Positions 50,825 through 64,000 of a stretch of 64,000 nt of DNA are shown piece by piece. The position numbers were made by a program, and so were the translations under genes. Under the pieces are notes generated by a model that searched no databases, was not told the DNA's origin, and saw nothing but the letters and a program-made list of their open reading frames with translations. Where the stretch lies: positions 81,230,795 through 81,294,794 of the forward strand of contig JARFYF010000002.1 of NCBI GenBank assembly GCA_030265395.1. The letters are read 5' to 3'. This DNA comes from Rhina ancylostomus. Lineage: Eukaryota. Positions within the stretch are counted from its first letter, which is position 1, and each line of letters starts with the position of its first letter.

Positions 50825-51337
50825 CAAAAAAAGAGCAGGTCAAACAGCATCCGAGGAAGCAAAAGATCTAATTGTCTAAGTCAACGTTTAGGGTTGAGAC
50901 CCTGCAACAGGAACAAAAGATTGCCAGTATATAGTAGTACGGGGCAGGGGTTAGTAGAATAGAATCTGGCAGATGCTGGGTGGAGCCAAATGAAGAGATG
51001 ATGATGAGCAGATGGTCCAGTGGTGCGGGGTCAGGTGGAAAAGGTGAACAAAGGAAGAAGAGAACTAGGTGGACAGGTGATTGTGTGTGGAGCAGAACAC
51101 TAGGGATCCACCTAGTTTTCTTCTCCCTTTGTTCACCTTCCCCATCCCCTGCTCATATCTGGCTCTATCTGCCCATCTTCCCTTCCCTATCTGGTTTTAC
51201 CTATTACTTACCAGCTTCTATCTCCCACATACAGGCAATCTTTTGTCTTCCCTGATGTAGGGTCTCAACCTGAAATGTCAGCTACACCTTTTGCCTCCAC
51301 TGATGATGCTTGACCTGCTGAGTTCTTCCAGTGTCTG
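50825..51337. mobile_element. About 500-bp fold-back Penelope-like element (inverted terminal repeats)
   Basis: 51037-51073 and 51107-51141 are near-perfect reverse complements. The outer arms (50835-50910 and 51250-51330) also pair. Confidence 0.8.
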
Positions 51338-54300
51338 AATCTTGGCCTTTTCTTCTAAACCAGTTGACATGGTGGACAATTATGTAGTTTGGGCACAAGG
51401 CATCACAAAAAGATTCACTTTCATTAGACTTTATGGAAAGCCTAGTTTTTGACAATAACCACTTCCATTCCAATCAAATAGGAAACAGCAGATATTCTGT
51501 TCACAAATCATGATCAGTATTATATTAATAATCAGACTAACATTCTTACTTCAACAATAATTACTTTGAAGCTCTTGGAAAAGCTCTTTGAAGCCGGAAG
51601 AAACTGTTTCAGCACATCAGTCACAGCATCATGGTATGTAATCACCAATCTTACTTCAGGGTGCACAGCTAACCTGTGATGCTTGCTCAGTGCAAAAATG
51701 AAGAGAGCTTCCTGATGTCCAATACTCAGGGAAAGCAGTAGTCCCCTAACATTTCCAGCTATTCTTTGCTGTATTCTGGTTAATTTTCAAATTAGATACA
51801 CACCTTGTTATAAGGGAAGAGCACTGTATCAGATTTTTATTCCCATCAAAACACAAGGACTAGGTTGTTTCATTCACGTAACTCAATTTTCTCATTCACT
51901 CAATCTACTTGGAGAATCGGCTATTCTGGGAAAAACAAATGCAGTCAGTCCAATTTTGACCTAACGGTATTTTCATACTTTCTCTCTTTATAGACATTGT
52001 CTTCTTAAGGTTCATTTGCAAATCACAGTGCTTAAATTATAGAATTAGTTTACATTATGGAATTACATTCAGCACATGAAGTCCATATTGGCATCTTACA
52101 AAACCAATCCAGCTATACTGAAATACAAAATGTAATTTTTTGACCACTACCTCATAATCTCAATATAAATAATAACTACTTCTCATGCTAAAACATTACA
52201 GAAGATACCTTGTATGCAAATTTCCCAAACTGCTTAATTTCCAGTGCCAAAATTTAGCATTTGTCTTTCAACATTGCTCAAGAATAATAATAATAAAAGT
52301 AACTGAGCAAGCTCCATAACAGACATGGAGGGGAGATTGGCACAGATGTGGCTGAATAGCAACCCTTCATTTCATACTGTAAATAAAATAATTGGCCAAA
52401 ACCACATGACCTGGTGCTAGATTTAAAAACATATAGCCAATGGAGAGATGCAATATCATCTTTTGAGATTATGTTCAATTTATTCTTTCTTGTCCGTGTA
52501 AAGTCCCTGGCTTTATTACTTATAACCAGTTAACCTTACAACCATTGTAATGCTGATTCTAAACATTAACAGCTGCAACCAAGTTTTATTCAAAATTCAG
52601 CAGGTCTTTAAAAGGTAAAGGGTAGCATTTGTTTTACATGTAGAACACAGAAATTCTTACCAGGATAGTCCCTTTTGCACATAGCCAGGAAAAAGAAAGA
52701 GGAATATCCTCAAAAACCTCTATCACATTTCTGAAGGGAAGAATTATATGTTAAAATGGAAATTAATTATTTCAAACTGGGCAAAATTCTCTGCCTGTTA
52801 CAACCTGAGTAATGCCTGATGCATTATTTTTTATGAAATGTATATAATGTATTAAACCGTAGTCATAGACCACATCTCTTTTTAAGAAGTTTGTGCCCTT
52901 GCAATAATCTTCAATTTACATTCATCTCCATAGCCTCCATATAACTAATCGTTTTTATAAACTTCTTTAAAACTCTTCACAATACACAAGGAAATTCTAG
53001 AAATACTTTGTGCACAGTCATAAAGAATTTTCACACTGAAGGCCCTAACACTGCAAGATTCCAAGGTATTTGATACAAAGAATTATGTTGTCTGTGATTG
53101 GGCAAATGAATGCCATGGGTAGCTTCTCAGTTTTCTTCCCCTATAGTTGATAATTCGCTGATAGAGTTTATATCATTGCACACTGATGACAAAGACTTTT
53201 GGCAGCAATCACCTGTCTTTGCATTGGATAGTTGCCACCATCCTTCTGATACAAGGACACTGGGTATCTGTGGGAATGCATAAGGAATCCCTAACATAGA
53301 AAGGTTTTTAAAAAAATTCGATGGTAGCATGTTTAGATTAAGAAACTGTTCTTGAACCACATTACTCAAGTGTCCCATGAACGTTGGTAAATGGCAAAAA
53401 TGGTCCTTTCATTTTGGCAAAGACCACATGGATAATATCAGCCTCAGTCAAGAGAAACAAATAAGATTTCAGGCACACAATATTGCAATTCCTCGGAAAA
53501 CATTAACCAGGTTAGTTCAACTAAAATAGCTACCATTTTGCAGTCATGATTCAGTGTGAAGTTCAGTTGCAATTCAGACATACCAATTTCCAGTAGAATG
53601 GTTTGATTTTACTCATTACTTGACACATGGGTTTGATGCTACAAGAGGGTAAAAATGGTAATACTTCAAAAGCCAACACCTTGATGTCCTCAAGAAAGCA
53701 AAATAGGTGAGGAAAGAAGCATAAGAAGAATAGGTACGATAGGATTAGAGGCAGAGGCACGTTGCATATGTTTTTGATTTTTCTTCAATGATTTTACACT
53801 ATTAGTTTAGGAAAGGCAGAAATTCTGACACGATAAGCATAGATATGCAAGCAGCACTCTTTCACTGACCTCTCTGCTCACCCAGTACAATTTCAAATGA
53901 ATGAAGAGAGCAGGAATCAGCTCTTTTCAACTTAATATAAATGTTTGCACTTGGACAACCAAATTTTGCTTGTATGCTTTTAAAATAAAATCAGAACAAC
54001 ACAAAAACTACATTTATAGGACCAGCAATCCTTATTGGCAGGGAGTTACATCTTCCAAGAGAACGCAGTTATTCTGGTATGTGCTTTCTCTATTTAGTGT
54101 TAAATCCACACACAAGAAGCTACTGAACCAACACCAGAATAAAGGCAACTGATAGAAATGGCTTATTTTAGTGCAGAAATTAGAATATGGGTGATACACA
54201 AAGCCAGAAAAATGTTGGCAATGTGACCAAGTTCCAAGACTGAGCTTTGATCACTTTAGTTTGGGAAGGTTAATCCAAAGATTCTGATGAAGATAGGGAA

Positions 54301-55344
54301 ATACCTCTAAAATATAGGAAGAAATATGAGTCAAAAGGGTCAATAAACTCTTTCTGTACTACAGGATAAATCAAAGCTGATAGGAAAGAAGGATATGAAA
54401 ACCCTGAACAGTGCCTTATACTGATACAATATGTATTTTTGCATCAGGATGTGCATGTAGGCTAATCAAAAATTTCAATCCTATTGATCACACTATTCAA
54501 CATTTAGCTGATGCATGGACATTACAAAACTCCCAATTTCCTGACTGCAAGTTTGGTGGCAATGGTAAGAGGTTATAGATCTTCAAAATAAATTGACTGG
54601 AACCCATCTCCAAGGAAACTTATTCAAACAATTATATATCTATAAATGACACTACAAATGACATACTGATAACGAAGTTACTGTTTTATTAGCCAACACA
54701 ATGCAATGAACTATTTTTTTCAAATAAATGATTTTTAATTGTTTCTACATACAAGCTTTTTGTTCTTTTATCCTAGTAATCAATTACCATCCCAGATATT
54801 TTAACATTAAAACAAAGAATACTGCAGCTCAGTAACGGTCACTACTCCATTGCACTTTCTAAAGTAACTTGGTTCATGTAATACTCTTTTATTCTCTCCA
54901 CCTTGCTCTGTATATACATACATTGATATAGATTTGTATCAATTAAAACTGATTTAAATTTATATCAATATCTTTCCTTGTAGATCAAGTGCACAAGATA
55001 ATGTAATCATCCTTGGCCATTTTAAAGATTATATTTTACCTGGACCAAAAATACTCAAATGTAGGTATGAGCAGCTTGAAAAATGAAAGATTAAAAATCC
55101 TGTAATTGTACAATTTGCATCAGATCCATACTTAACACTAAATTTATTTATGAGACTTCTAATTTGTTTAAACCTGATAACTATTATTCCCATAAACAGT
55201 AACAAATCCACTAAAATCCATGCACTCTGATTCTAGTGTGACACATGAAGTTGTTTCTCCCCTTTCTGGTGCAGGGAACCATTCATCTTCTGTCACTATC
55301 ACTGGCATCAAAAGCACAGAGCACATCATCAGTTGGTCAGATTA

Positions 55345-57760
55345 TGAGAATGCGCAAGGAAATAGGAGGGAGTAGGCCACCTGGCTCCTCAAACTTGCCC
55401 TGCCAATCAACACAATCATGGCTGATCAGCCCCAGGACTCAACTCTTCTCCTATGTGAGTTCCACATAGCCGATTCCCTGATCTTTCAAGTATGTATCTA
55501 ACTCCTTTTTTAAATACCTTGTGATTGTCTTTTTTAAATAATCCTGTGATTAAGCTTCCACAATTATCTGGGGTAGAGAATTCCACAGATTCATCACCCC
55601 CTATGAGGAGAAATTCCTATTGACCTCAGGCTTAATGGACTGCCTCCTTATATCCCCTTGTTCAAGACTTTCTCACTAGTAGAAACATGTCAATATTTAC
55701 ATTGTCATTCCCCCTAAGGTACATACATATTCCACAAGACTAGTCTTCATTCTTCTGAATTCCAAACAATACAGATTCAACTATTTTAGCCATTCATGCT
55801 AAGACAACCCTGTCATCGCACAAGTTAGCTCTTCTAAACTGCGTCCAATGCTATTGTATCCTTTCCTAAATAAGGGGACCAAAACTATACACAGTATTCC
55901 AGATGTGGCCTCATCAATATACCCTTAGAATTCTAACAATAATTCTCTGCTTTTAGCAATAAAGGCTAATCCGCTACTGCTCTTCTTAATTACCTTCTTC
56001 ACCCACAGGCTTACATTTTGTGTACCACGCACAAGTACACCCAGATCCCTCTGCACTCTACTCATTTGCAATCTCTCTCCATTTAGAAAATAATCTGCCT
56101 TTTGATTCCTCCTACCAAAGTGCACGCCCTCACACTTCCCAATATTAAACCCATTTACCAAGTCTTCACCCACTCATTCAACCCATCTATATCCAGTTGT
56201 AGATTCAAAATATCCTCATCACAGCATGCCCTCCCACCTATTTTCATGTCATTATCAAACTTGAATACCTTCTGCTCATTCCTCCAAGTCACTATTATAG
56301 ATTTTATAATAATTGAGGGCCAAGAACGGATTCACTGCACTAATTACATCTTTCAAGATTGAAAAAGACCCATTTATTTTGACTCATTGCCATCAGTGTG
56401 ATGGCCAGTCTTCAATACACATTAACTTACTTGTCCAATATTGTGAGCTCTTACCTTGTCCACTACATCTTTGTTGTGGTATCTGATAGAATGCCACCTG
56501 GATATCCAAATACACTACTCTCTTTTATCCTTGAAGAACTCTAGCAAATTTGTCAAACTTGATTTCCCTTTCATAAAACCAGGTTGACTTGGTTTGCCTG
56601 CATGAAAGTTTTCTAAATGACTAGCTCTTTCTTCCTCAATTATAAACTCCAGCATTTTCCCAACAACAGATGTTAAGATAACCGTCTTATACTTTTCCAC
56701 TTTTGGTCTCCCTCTTTTCTTGAACAAGGGCATTACATTTGCAGTTTCCCAAGTTGCTAGTACCCGCAGGGAGTCTTGAAAAACTTCAGCCAGTAGCTCT
56801 GCAACCATTTCTCTTAAAACCCTTGGATGCTGGCCATCAGGATCTAGCAACTTTTCTGCCTTTAGTTTTTCTAATACTTTATCTCTGTGGTAGAGATTGT
56901 TACAATTTCCCCTTCCTATTTGAAACTAGCTCATCTGTCATCTTTGGGACATTTGCAATGCCCTCCACCATAAATTATCTGCCATTTCCTTGTTTCCTAT
57001 TGTTAATTCCTCAGTTACACTTTCCAGGAGTCCCATACTTACCTTTACTATTCTCTTCCTTTTTACATATTTATAGAAGCTCTTGCTGTTTGTTTTGATA
57101 TTACTTGTCAGTTTATTATAATAATTTTCTCCTTAAAGCTTTTTAAATCCTCTGCTGCTTGTTTTTGAAAGATTTCCAGTCTTTTGATTTACTGCTAGTT
57201 TTGGCACTGTATATGCTCCAGTTTTTAATTAAATATATTTATTGATCTCCTTTAATAACCAAGGATGTATCATCTTTCTCATCGGGTCCCTCCTTCTGAT
57301 TGGGATAGGTTTCTGCTCGGCATTATAAAATAGCTGCCACTGCTCACTGCTCACCTGACCTTTCCATTAACATATTTTCCTAATCCACTCTAGATAACTC
57401 TTCTTTCATATCTTTGTAAGTGCCCTTATTTAACTTGTGGATGAACATTTTGGGCCCGAGACGTTCGCTCTTAAATTGTATCAGGAATTCTACCACTTTG
57501 TGATCATGAGTCCCAAGAAGATCCTTAACTACAAGAGCTCTATCTTAATCCTACTTCATTATACATCACCAAATTTAAAACAGCCTGTTATGGGGAATGT
57601 CCCATAACGTACTGCTCTTAGAAACAATTCCTGATACGCTCCACAAATTTCTTGCCAGTATGATTAGTCCAATCAATGTGCAAACTAAAATCCCTCATGA
57701 TAGTTGCCTTTCCCATTTTACATGCCTTGAGTTTCCTCAGTTATGCTTTGTCCTACTGCA
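55345..57760 (-). mobile_element. CR1 LINE, about 2.4 kb of ORF2 plus 3' end, decayed
   Basis: PDGQHPRVLREM..WETANVMPLFKK..YKTVILTSVVGKMLE..QPGFMKGKSSLTNLLEFF and QRDLGVLV. Confidence 0.92.
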
Positions 57761-58339
57761 AGGCAACACATAGGCAAGTAGTAAAATTACATTCCTCAAA
57801 TAGCATTAGATCCAAAGGTACAACTAATGTTTGTGAAGCAAATTATGAGCATTAGTTTTTACCTCTTTCTGCCATAATGGCTTTACTGAAAAGTTTGTTT
57901 CTTCCAAAGTTTTGGGTTAATTCAATCCAATTAATGAGTTTTCTTTTTACAAGCATAGTGTGACTTTTAACAGGAAAATATATACTTTGTCACATCTTAT
58001 TTTATTATAAATATTGGCATTAAAACTGATAGTTGGTATAGTTAGTATATCTTAGAGAGAATTCTCCCCCATCCTAAGAATGCACAAAATTATTTTGGTT
58101 TAATTTAGAGAGCTTCAACTTACATCTATATTTTTAATTGATTTGTGCTAGTTGAGTTTAACTTTTGAATATCATAAATAATTTGAGGATCAAAACAGAC
58201 TTGTATATGAACATAACTGTTTTTCAACAGTTCATGCCTTTACTTGAATTAAAATGAGTTGATCTAGATTAAGTTGTGACCTGTTTTTGTCCATAAATTC
58301 AACAACATTATGAGAAATCAAAATTTATTCAGCTGCGTC

Positions 58340-59565
58340 ATAAAACTCCAGCAGCCTGTGTTATTCAATTGGGAACATGAATTTGAATCCAATCATGACC
58401 ACTGAAGAATTTAAAGTAACTGAATGAATTACATCCAAATCAATATTAATGATTTGGATAAAGGGATTTAGTGTCATATATCCAAGTTTTCTGATGGTAC
58501 AAAATTAGGTGGCAGTGTGGATTTTGAGGAGGATGCACAAAGATTTTGGGGTTACAGATATGTGATGCCATTGTTACAAAAATAGAAACCAAAGTATCAT
58601 TTAAGTGATGAGGTTGAAAGTTCCTGGTGTTCTGACGGAACTGGTTGTTCTTGTATACAAATCACTGAACATTAACACGCTGCTACATCAAGCAATTAGG
58701 AAATGGAACAGGTAGGTTGGTCTTTATTGCAAGAGATTTTGAGTTCTGTAGTAGTAATGTCTTCCACCAATTTGACAGGGCCCTAGTGAAACCACACTGA
58801 AATACTGCATACAAATCTGGTTTGTAAAAATGAGGGAAATATTTGCCATAAAGTTAATGTAGTTATGTTTCACCAGAATGATTTCTGATATGCCGCTTGC
58901 CCCATGAGCCTACATAGAACAGTCTGGGCCTATGCTGTCTAGAATTTTAAAAACTGAGAGTTGATTTTGAACATCCTTAAGGAGCTCACTGAGTAGATGC
59001 ACAGTTGAAGATTCCCCTTGTTAAGGTATCTGGATCCAGGGATTACAGTCACAAAATAAAGGACCAGCCATTCAAGATAAAGATGAGAAATTTCTTCAAC
59101 CGGAAAGTAGTCAACTTTTGGAATTCTCTACTCAAGAAGGCTTGGAGGCTAAGTCACTGGGTACATTTTATACAGAGATTAATAGGTTTTTAGATATTAA
59201 AGGAATCAAGGTATATGGTTAGTGTAGAAAAATAGTACTTAGATTAGCCATGAGCTAACTGAATAGCAGAGCAGACACAAAGGGCTGAATGGTCTATCCA
59301 ACTTTACTTTTTATGCTCTTATGTAAGTTTGGAATAAAAAGCTAGTTATCAGTCAGCAATGGTGACCAGGAAACTACCTAATTATTATAAAAACCCATTT
59401 GCTTCACAATTACAGTTCAAGAAAAGGAACTTTCAGTTCTTACCTGGTCTGTGACTATAGACCCCACCATGTTGATTCCTAACTGTACTCTAGTGGCCGA
59501 GTAAGTTCATCAGTTCAAGGAGCAATTAAGGACACCATGCTGTCCTTGCTGGTGATCCCATAATT
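58340..59565 (+). mobile_element. tRNA-type SINE split by a CR1 3' fragment (about 58432-59325)
   Basis: SINE head at 58340-58430; the body resumes at about 59326 ('tggaataaaaagctag..atggtgacc'). The insert reads INDLDKG..SKFSDGTKL...VVNFWNSL. Confidence 0.8.
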
Positions 59566-61599
59566 GCCAACAAATTGTAGTTGTCATGACAGTGAAACTG
59601 TCAGTGTTCATCATCAGCACTATAAAAACTAACATAGAACGTTTCTCCACAGGGTTGCAGGCTCAGAATCAATGACTTGACATTTTGTGTGCTTTTGTTG
59701 CTGTAAGAACAATGGAAAAATGGGCCTTGTCAAAATCAGTGGCTTTTACTTTTGTTTTGCTGTGAGAATTCTTTAATCTGTTTTGCTGTTCATCCTGCTT
59801 GAAATTGTCAGGTGTCAGTTTAACAGCCTTTGCCTGAGAGAAAAATCACACTGAAAAAGGGAATCCATGCCATAGAAACCATTAAGCCTTTTCAGATAGT
59901 TTTCTTCAAGGTCAGGATGGTTCAGGTTTCTTCAAGGCTAATGAGAAAATCCTGAGCAATCTGTAAGGCATTTGCAGGCTGGTCTTTTCCAATAAGTGGC
60001 ATGCCTCCACACAAACACAGTATGGCCCATGACCTGGCCAGGGAAGTATGGGTGGTCAGAACTGATGAAAGCCCTATACAGTGTAGCCTAATACACTGCC
60101 AGACTAATGAGATCAGGTATGGGACGAGCAGGTGAAATAGATTTAGTGGGATCTCATGATGGAGGAGTTCTGAAGTCACTGCTTGTAACAAGTAGCTTTG
60201 GTCCCATCAGGTTATTTGGAAAGAGGCTCTCTTTTTTTTGATCTGGAGTATCCTCACCATTCTTTTGTTGACTGGTTTGATTTTGACCAACTCCTCTCTT
60301 TTCATCCACCCCACCATACACTGTTGTGTGGCACAGTTCTCTATCCTGACTACAACTATTTCTCCATTTGGAGAACACAATGACCCAAGGTTCCTTCTCC
60401 TTTCCCTCTCTGTCCTGAAAGTGATATGTTACTTGGGAGTTCACTTTAGGTGAAAACCCCAACTTCCAGACTTATGGTATCGTTTTGACCTAGAATTCTT
60501 CTGCTAAGGTCCAGATTAAAATGATTGTTATGTTGTACATTCCTAAGGAAATGTGTTGATGGTCTTAGTTTCATGATTGATCATTATGTCTGTCATTCTG
60601 CCATTAGAACTTGATACATCCACCTTTTTCAAACTGAGACAGTCCTGTTTAATATGACCCTATTAATCTTTAGATTTTCAGCAATCAACAGCTTTTAAAG
60701 CACCCTTTACAATCAGTTTTACATTCAACTTTGGGCCCCACAATCAAAAAGGACAATAAACCTGGGAGGAAAAGAATGTTACTTTGTAAAAGCATTAAAA
60801 ATAAATAAAGGTTATGACAAGAAGAGAATCAGGACAAACAATAAAAAGTGAATTTGAAGTTTTTTTTAATTTAGAATGTTGTTTAATTTAGTAGCTTGCT
60901 TCACATTTATGACAAATCTATTTTTGACATATGAATAGTTTTAATATTTCAGTATGGTAACATTCAGGTCAAAAACTCATGAGCCATTAAAAGTAGCTTG
61001 GAATTCCCTGGATTTGTTGGTGCTTTCAAGGTTATTGTGTCAAAAACATTCCAATGTCTCATTACCAACAGTTGTAACATACTGTATGTAAAGGTACAGT
61101 AAGGTTGTGCACACAAGATAATCCAGGTGATTGATAACATCTGAGGTGTTCCTAAAAAATAATTCTTCTTTTCCTGACTAGTTGAGAAATTACAAGGCCA
61201 AGGATTATGACACAAATCCATGATTGTATTCCTGATGTGGCATGCCACTTTATCTATTGTGTGGACATCTAAACCTTGGGCAATCAGAAATGTCATAATT
61301 TCACTGGTTATCTAGGGATGCAGGGACATCACACAGCTGATGTAATGATGCATTCTTCTGAGGCACTGACTTGAGTAGTAACTCTAATTTCAGGCAGATC
61401 TGCGTAGGCAGTTGACTGATGCTCCTCATCCAACAAAAAGCAGGGATTCTCAACAAAAAACCTGCCCATCACTGAAACCTCATCACGTTTGAACACTTAA
61501 CGTGTTTTATTGTTTCCATCTTACGACTGATGGAATATTGTTTGGCAGGGCATAGAAAACCCATCTTTACTTCTGGACATTACAGTCCAAAACAATTTA

Positions 61600-61915
61600 G
61601 TTGGTTCAGATTAAGTTGGTATACTTCATCCTCCGCAACAGCTGCAGCACAATGCCATTCTGACAATCCTCTTCAAGATCATGGAGCAGTGCCACAGGAG
61701 CTGTTTCAGCTTTAGCTAGGCCTCCATGTTTATGCCAGGAACACAAGAGCTGATGTAGTTGCACTTCAACATCCTGTATCATTCCAAACAGTCGACATGG
61801 AACACCAACAGCAAAGCTTCACATATTCTTGCTCCTACTTGTGGAGCTCTCTCCCAAAAAGCACCGCCACCTTGACGTCTGTCTCGAGCGCAGAAATTCA
61901 AATCACAGTTAAACA
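61600..61915 (+). mobile_element. Possible very old LINE RT C-terminal relic
   Basis: ILTILFKIM ... QSF..YLWSSLP resembles the 'LFKI...SFF..WNSLP' terminus. Confidence 0.3.
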
Positions 61916-62859
61916 TTAATTTCTGACACTGGAATTGTAAAGAGCACATGGGCCATGGAAAAGCTCTGGCTTACCAGTCGGTATTCCAGAAATATGTCTC
62001 CAGACCTTTCAATGCTCTAAACAAACCATCAGGGTCAAATTTTGAGTCATGTGTTCTTGTTACAGTTGCCTCTGGTTGTAACCTGTTGTTATTCCACCTA
62101 GTATACATTCACAGGGAAGAAAAACACTGGTCACACAGTATTTACTTACACGGGGTATTAGAAACGAATACACGAATACAGTGCCAATCATACCAATCAT
62201 TGAAACTAATACAGCATCAGTAATTCCTGACAAACTAATCTTTCACAGTAAATGCACCTGCACCAATAATACCCACCCACACAAACTAAGCAAAATATAT
62301 AAAGAACCATTTCTCAGAATCACAATTGTAATTTGTAATTTACTCTAATGCAATTCTGTACCAAGTCCACGGAGAGGAATTGAGGTACAGAGCAATGAAA
62401 TAAAGATGCTAACAGTTTAAACAAAGATGTATATGATGCATTAAAAAAATGCCTCACACATGCGTAGAATACATTCTAATAGCACATCCAATACAGAGTA
62501 TTACACATACAGAAATCTTTAGCACACAGCATATCAAGAACACAGTGCAGCTTTTGCAATAAATTGAACAATCTGGGAACAAATTGTTGTAATATACAGC
62601 AATATACGTTCAACTCTGAATATTCAAAATGAATTCCAGTTCAAACTAACAGAAAGAATTTGAGTTGCCTTAACCTAGGCCGAAAGTACAGAACTGCTCA
62701 TAATGTTTAACATTAACATGTCACTTAATTAGGAACCATAAAATTTGCTGGAGTGGGCTGGAGTGGTCAAATTGCAGTAGAAAATGCAAATATCATCCAA
62801 AGGATCGAAATATAGTGCATTCTTTGCCTGCAGACAACTCCAGATACTGTAACCACAAA

Positions 62860-64000
62860 ATCCACTTTAAATATAAAAGAAAGTTTTAATGGGGGAGATA
62901 CAGACTTGATTGGGGATGAGAAAGAAGCAGGCAATCTGAAAAGGAAAACCCACTGTGTGAACAAAAGGCAGGAACAGAAAGAATAAATTGGGGATGAAAT
63001 CACAGAAGGGGAAAGATTAAATTAAGAACTGGGGACATACAAAATAACTTTTTTTAAGCTAAACCAGATTAATTAATAAAACTAAATATAATGGATTAAA
63101 TAAAAATTAAGGTTGGAGAGCCTGGCAATGACTCAGTTGGAAAATTTAGTCAAAATTCTTGTCTGTTATTCATGGTAGGGCACCCCAAATCCGTTGCTAT
63201 GTAGCACTCCAGGATACTGCTCAAATCCTGGATCAACTTGGACAGAAGTGTGGTCAGCATAAGGAACACAAGTTTCAGAGCTTAAGTGGCAACTGGCAGT
63301 GCATCTGAAAGACTGAGGACTTGTACAGCTTAGAAGCTGGTTACCCCATGGTTTAAGTATACAGAGAGGGAATGGATGAATGTAAGACTGGGTATAACCA
63401 GGCAGACCGTGCATAAATTCCCCCCAACTCTCCTACCAATATTCAGCTCTAAATATTGTATAAGGTTCTTGCTGGGATACTGTCAGAGCCAGGCCCATGC
63501 CACTATAAATGGAATCAGGAAAGCAATAATTAAAGGGGACTCAATAGTTAAGGGGCAGACAGGGACTTCAGTGGATAAAGATGTGGTTCCAGGATAGTAT
63601 ATCTCTGACTTTTGTCTGAGTCAGTGATAAGCTACCTGCCATGGAACCAACCCACTGGAGCCAAGGTCAAGGATGTCACTGGGCAGCTGTAGAACATTTG
63701 GTGGGAGGACCCTGCAAATGGAATGGCCAGAAGCCATTGTATGTCCATAAGACAACCAAAGATACCAGGCAAGAGAAGGATAAATTCTTCCAGGTATCGT
63801 TTGGAAGCTAGAAAACAGGTTAAAATAGAAAAAAAGGCCACAGATGAGTTGAGGGCACAGATAAGCATGGAAAAAATGGTACCATAGCTATATTGAAACA
63901 TGGCTTAAAAGGCAGGAATGACAATAATATTCCTGGTTTTAGGGCTTTCAGGCAAGGCAGGGGAAGTGGAATAAAATATTAGTCAATAAAACATCTGCAT
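62860..64000 (+). mobile_element. CR1 LINE 5' region: ORF1 (SGNH/esterase-like) relic and start of ORF2 endonuclease
   Basis: KAIIKGDSIVKG (GDS motif) at about 63520; KATDELRAQISMEK...IAILKHG ('IAITETWL' relic) at about 63830-63910. Confidence 0.75.

Noticed and set aside
60062-60100. CTGATGA followed by a small CAGTGTA..TACACTG hairpin as another hammerhead
   Set aside because: There is no correctly placed GAAA box or stem I, and the flanks do not match the repeat family. The same applies to CTGATGA at about 54284.
21000-64000. CDK19 3' exons, expected from recalled human synteny upstream of SLC22A16
   Set aside because: I found no sequence encoding the CDK19 kinase or its C-terminal peptide. 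The UTR-like composition near 61950-62700 is not sufficient evidence.

Overview
AT-rich, repeat-dense vertebrate genomic DNA with several N gaps. The repeat content (CR1/HER1-type LINEs, a V-SINE, DeuSINEs, Rex1/Babar, Penelope-type ends) points to a cartilaginous fish; this is inference. One host gene is supported: the first five coding exons of SLC22A16 on the minus strand (20112-20060, 19667-19194, 14196-14079, 10756-10204, 950-823). They have GT-AG sites and matching phases and give 1326 nt = 442 codons; the remaining exons lie beyond the left edge. The rest is intron and intergenic sequence full of decayed transposons. The most notable items are an 89-nt near-perfect pre-miRNA-like hairpin in SLC22A16 intron 4, a dispersed repeat family carrying a minimal hammerhead-ribozyme core (including a ~500-bp fold-back copy), and a two-gene PIF/Harbinger fossil with nested insertions. 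There is also a possible upstream SLC22A16 exon giving a 14-aa N-terminal extension. I found no convincing wholly new biological system. Repeat boundaries and family names were judged by eye and from memory and are approximate.
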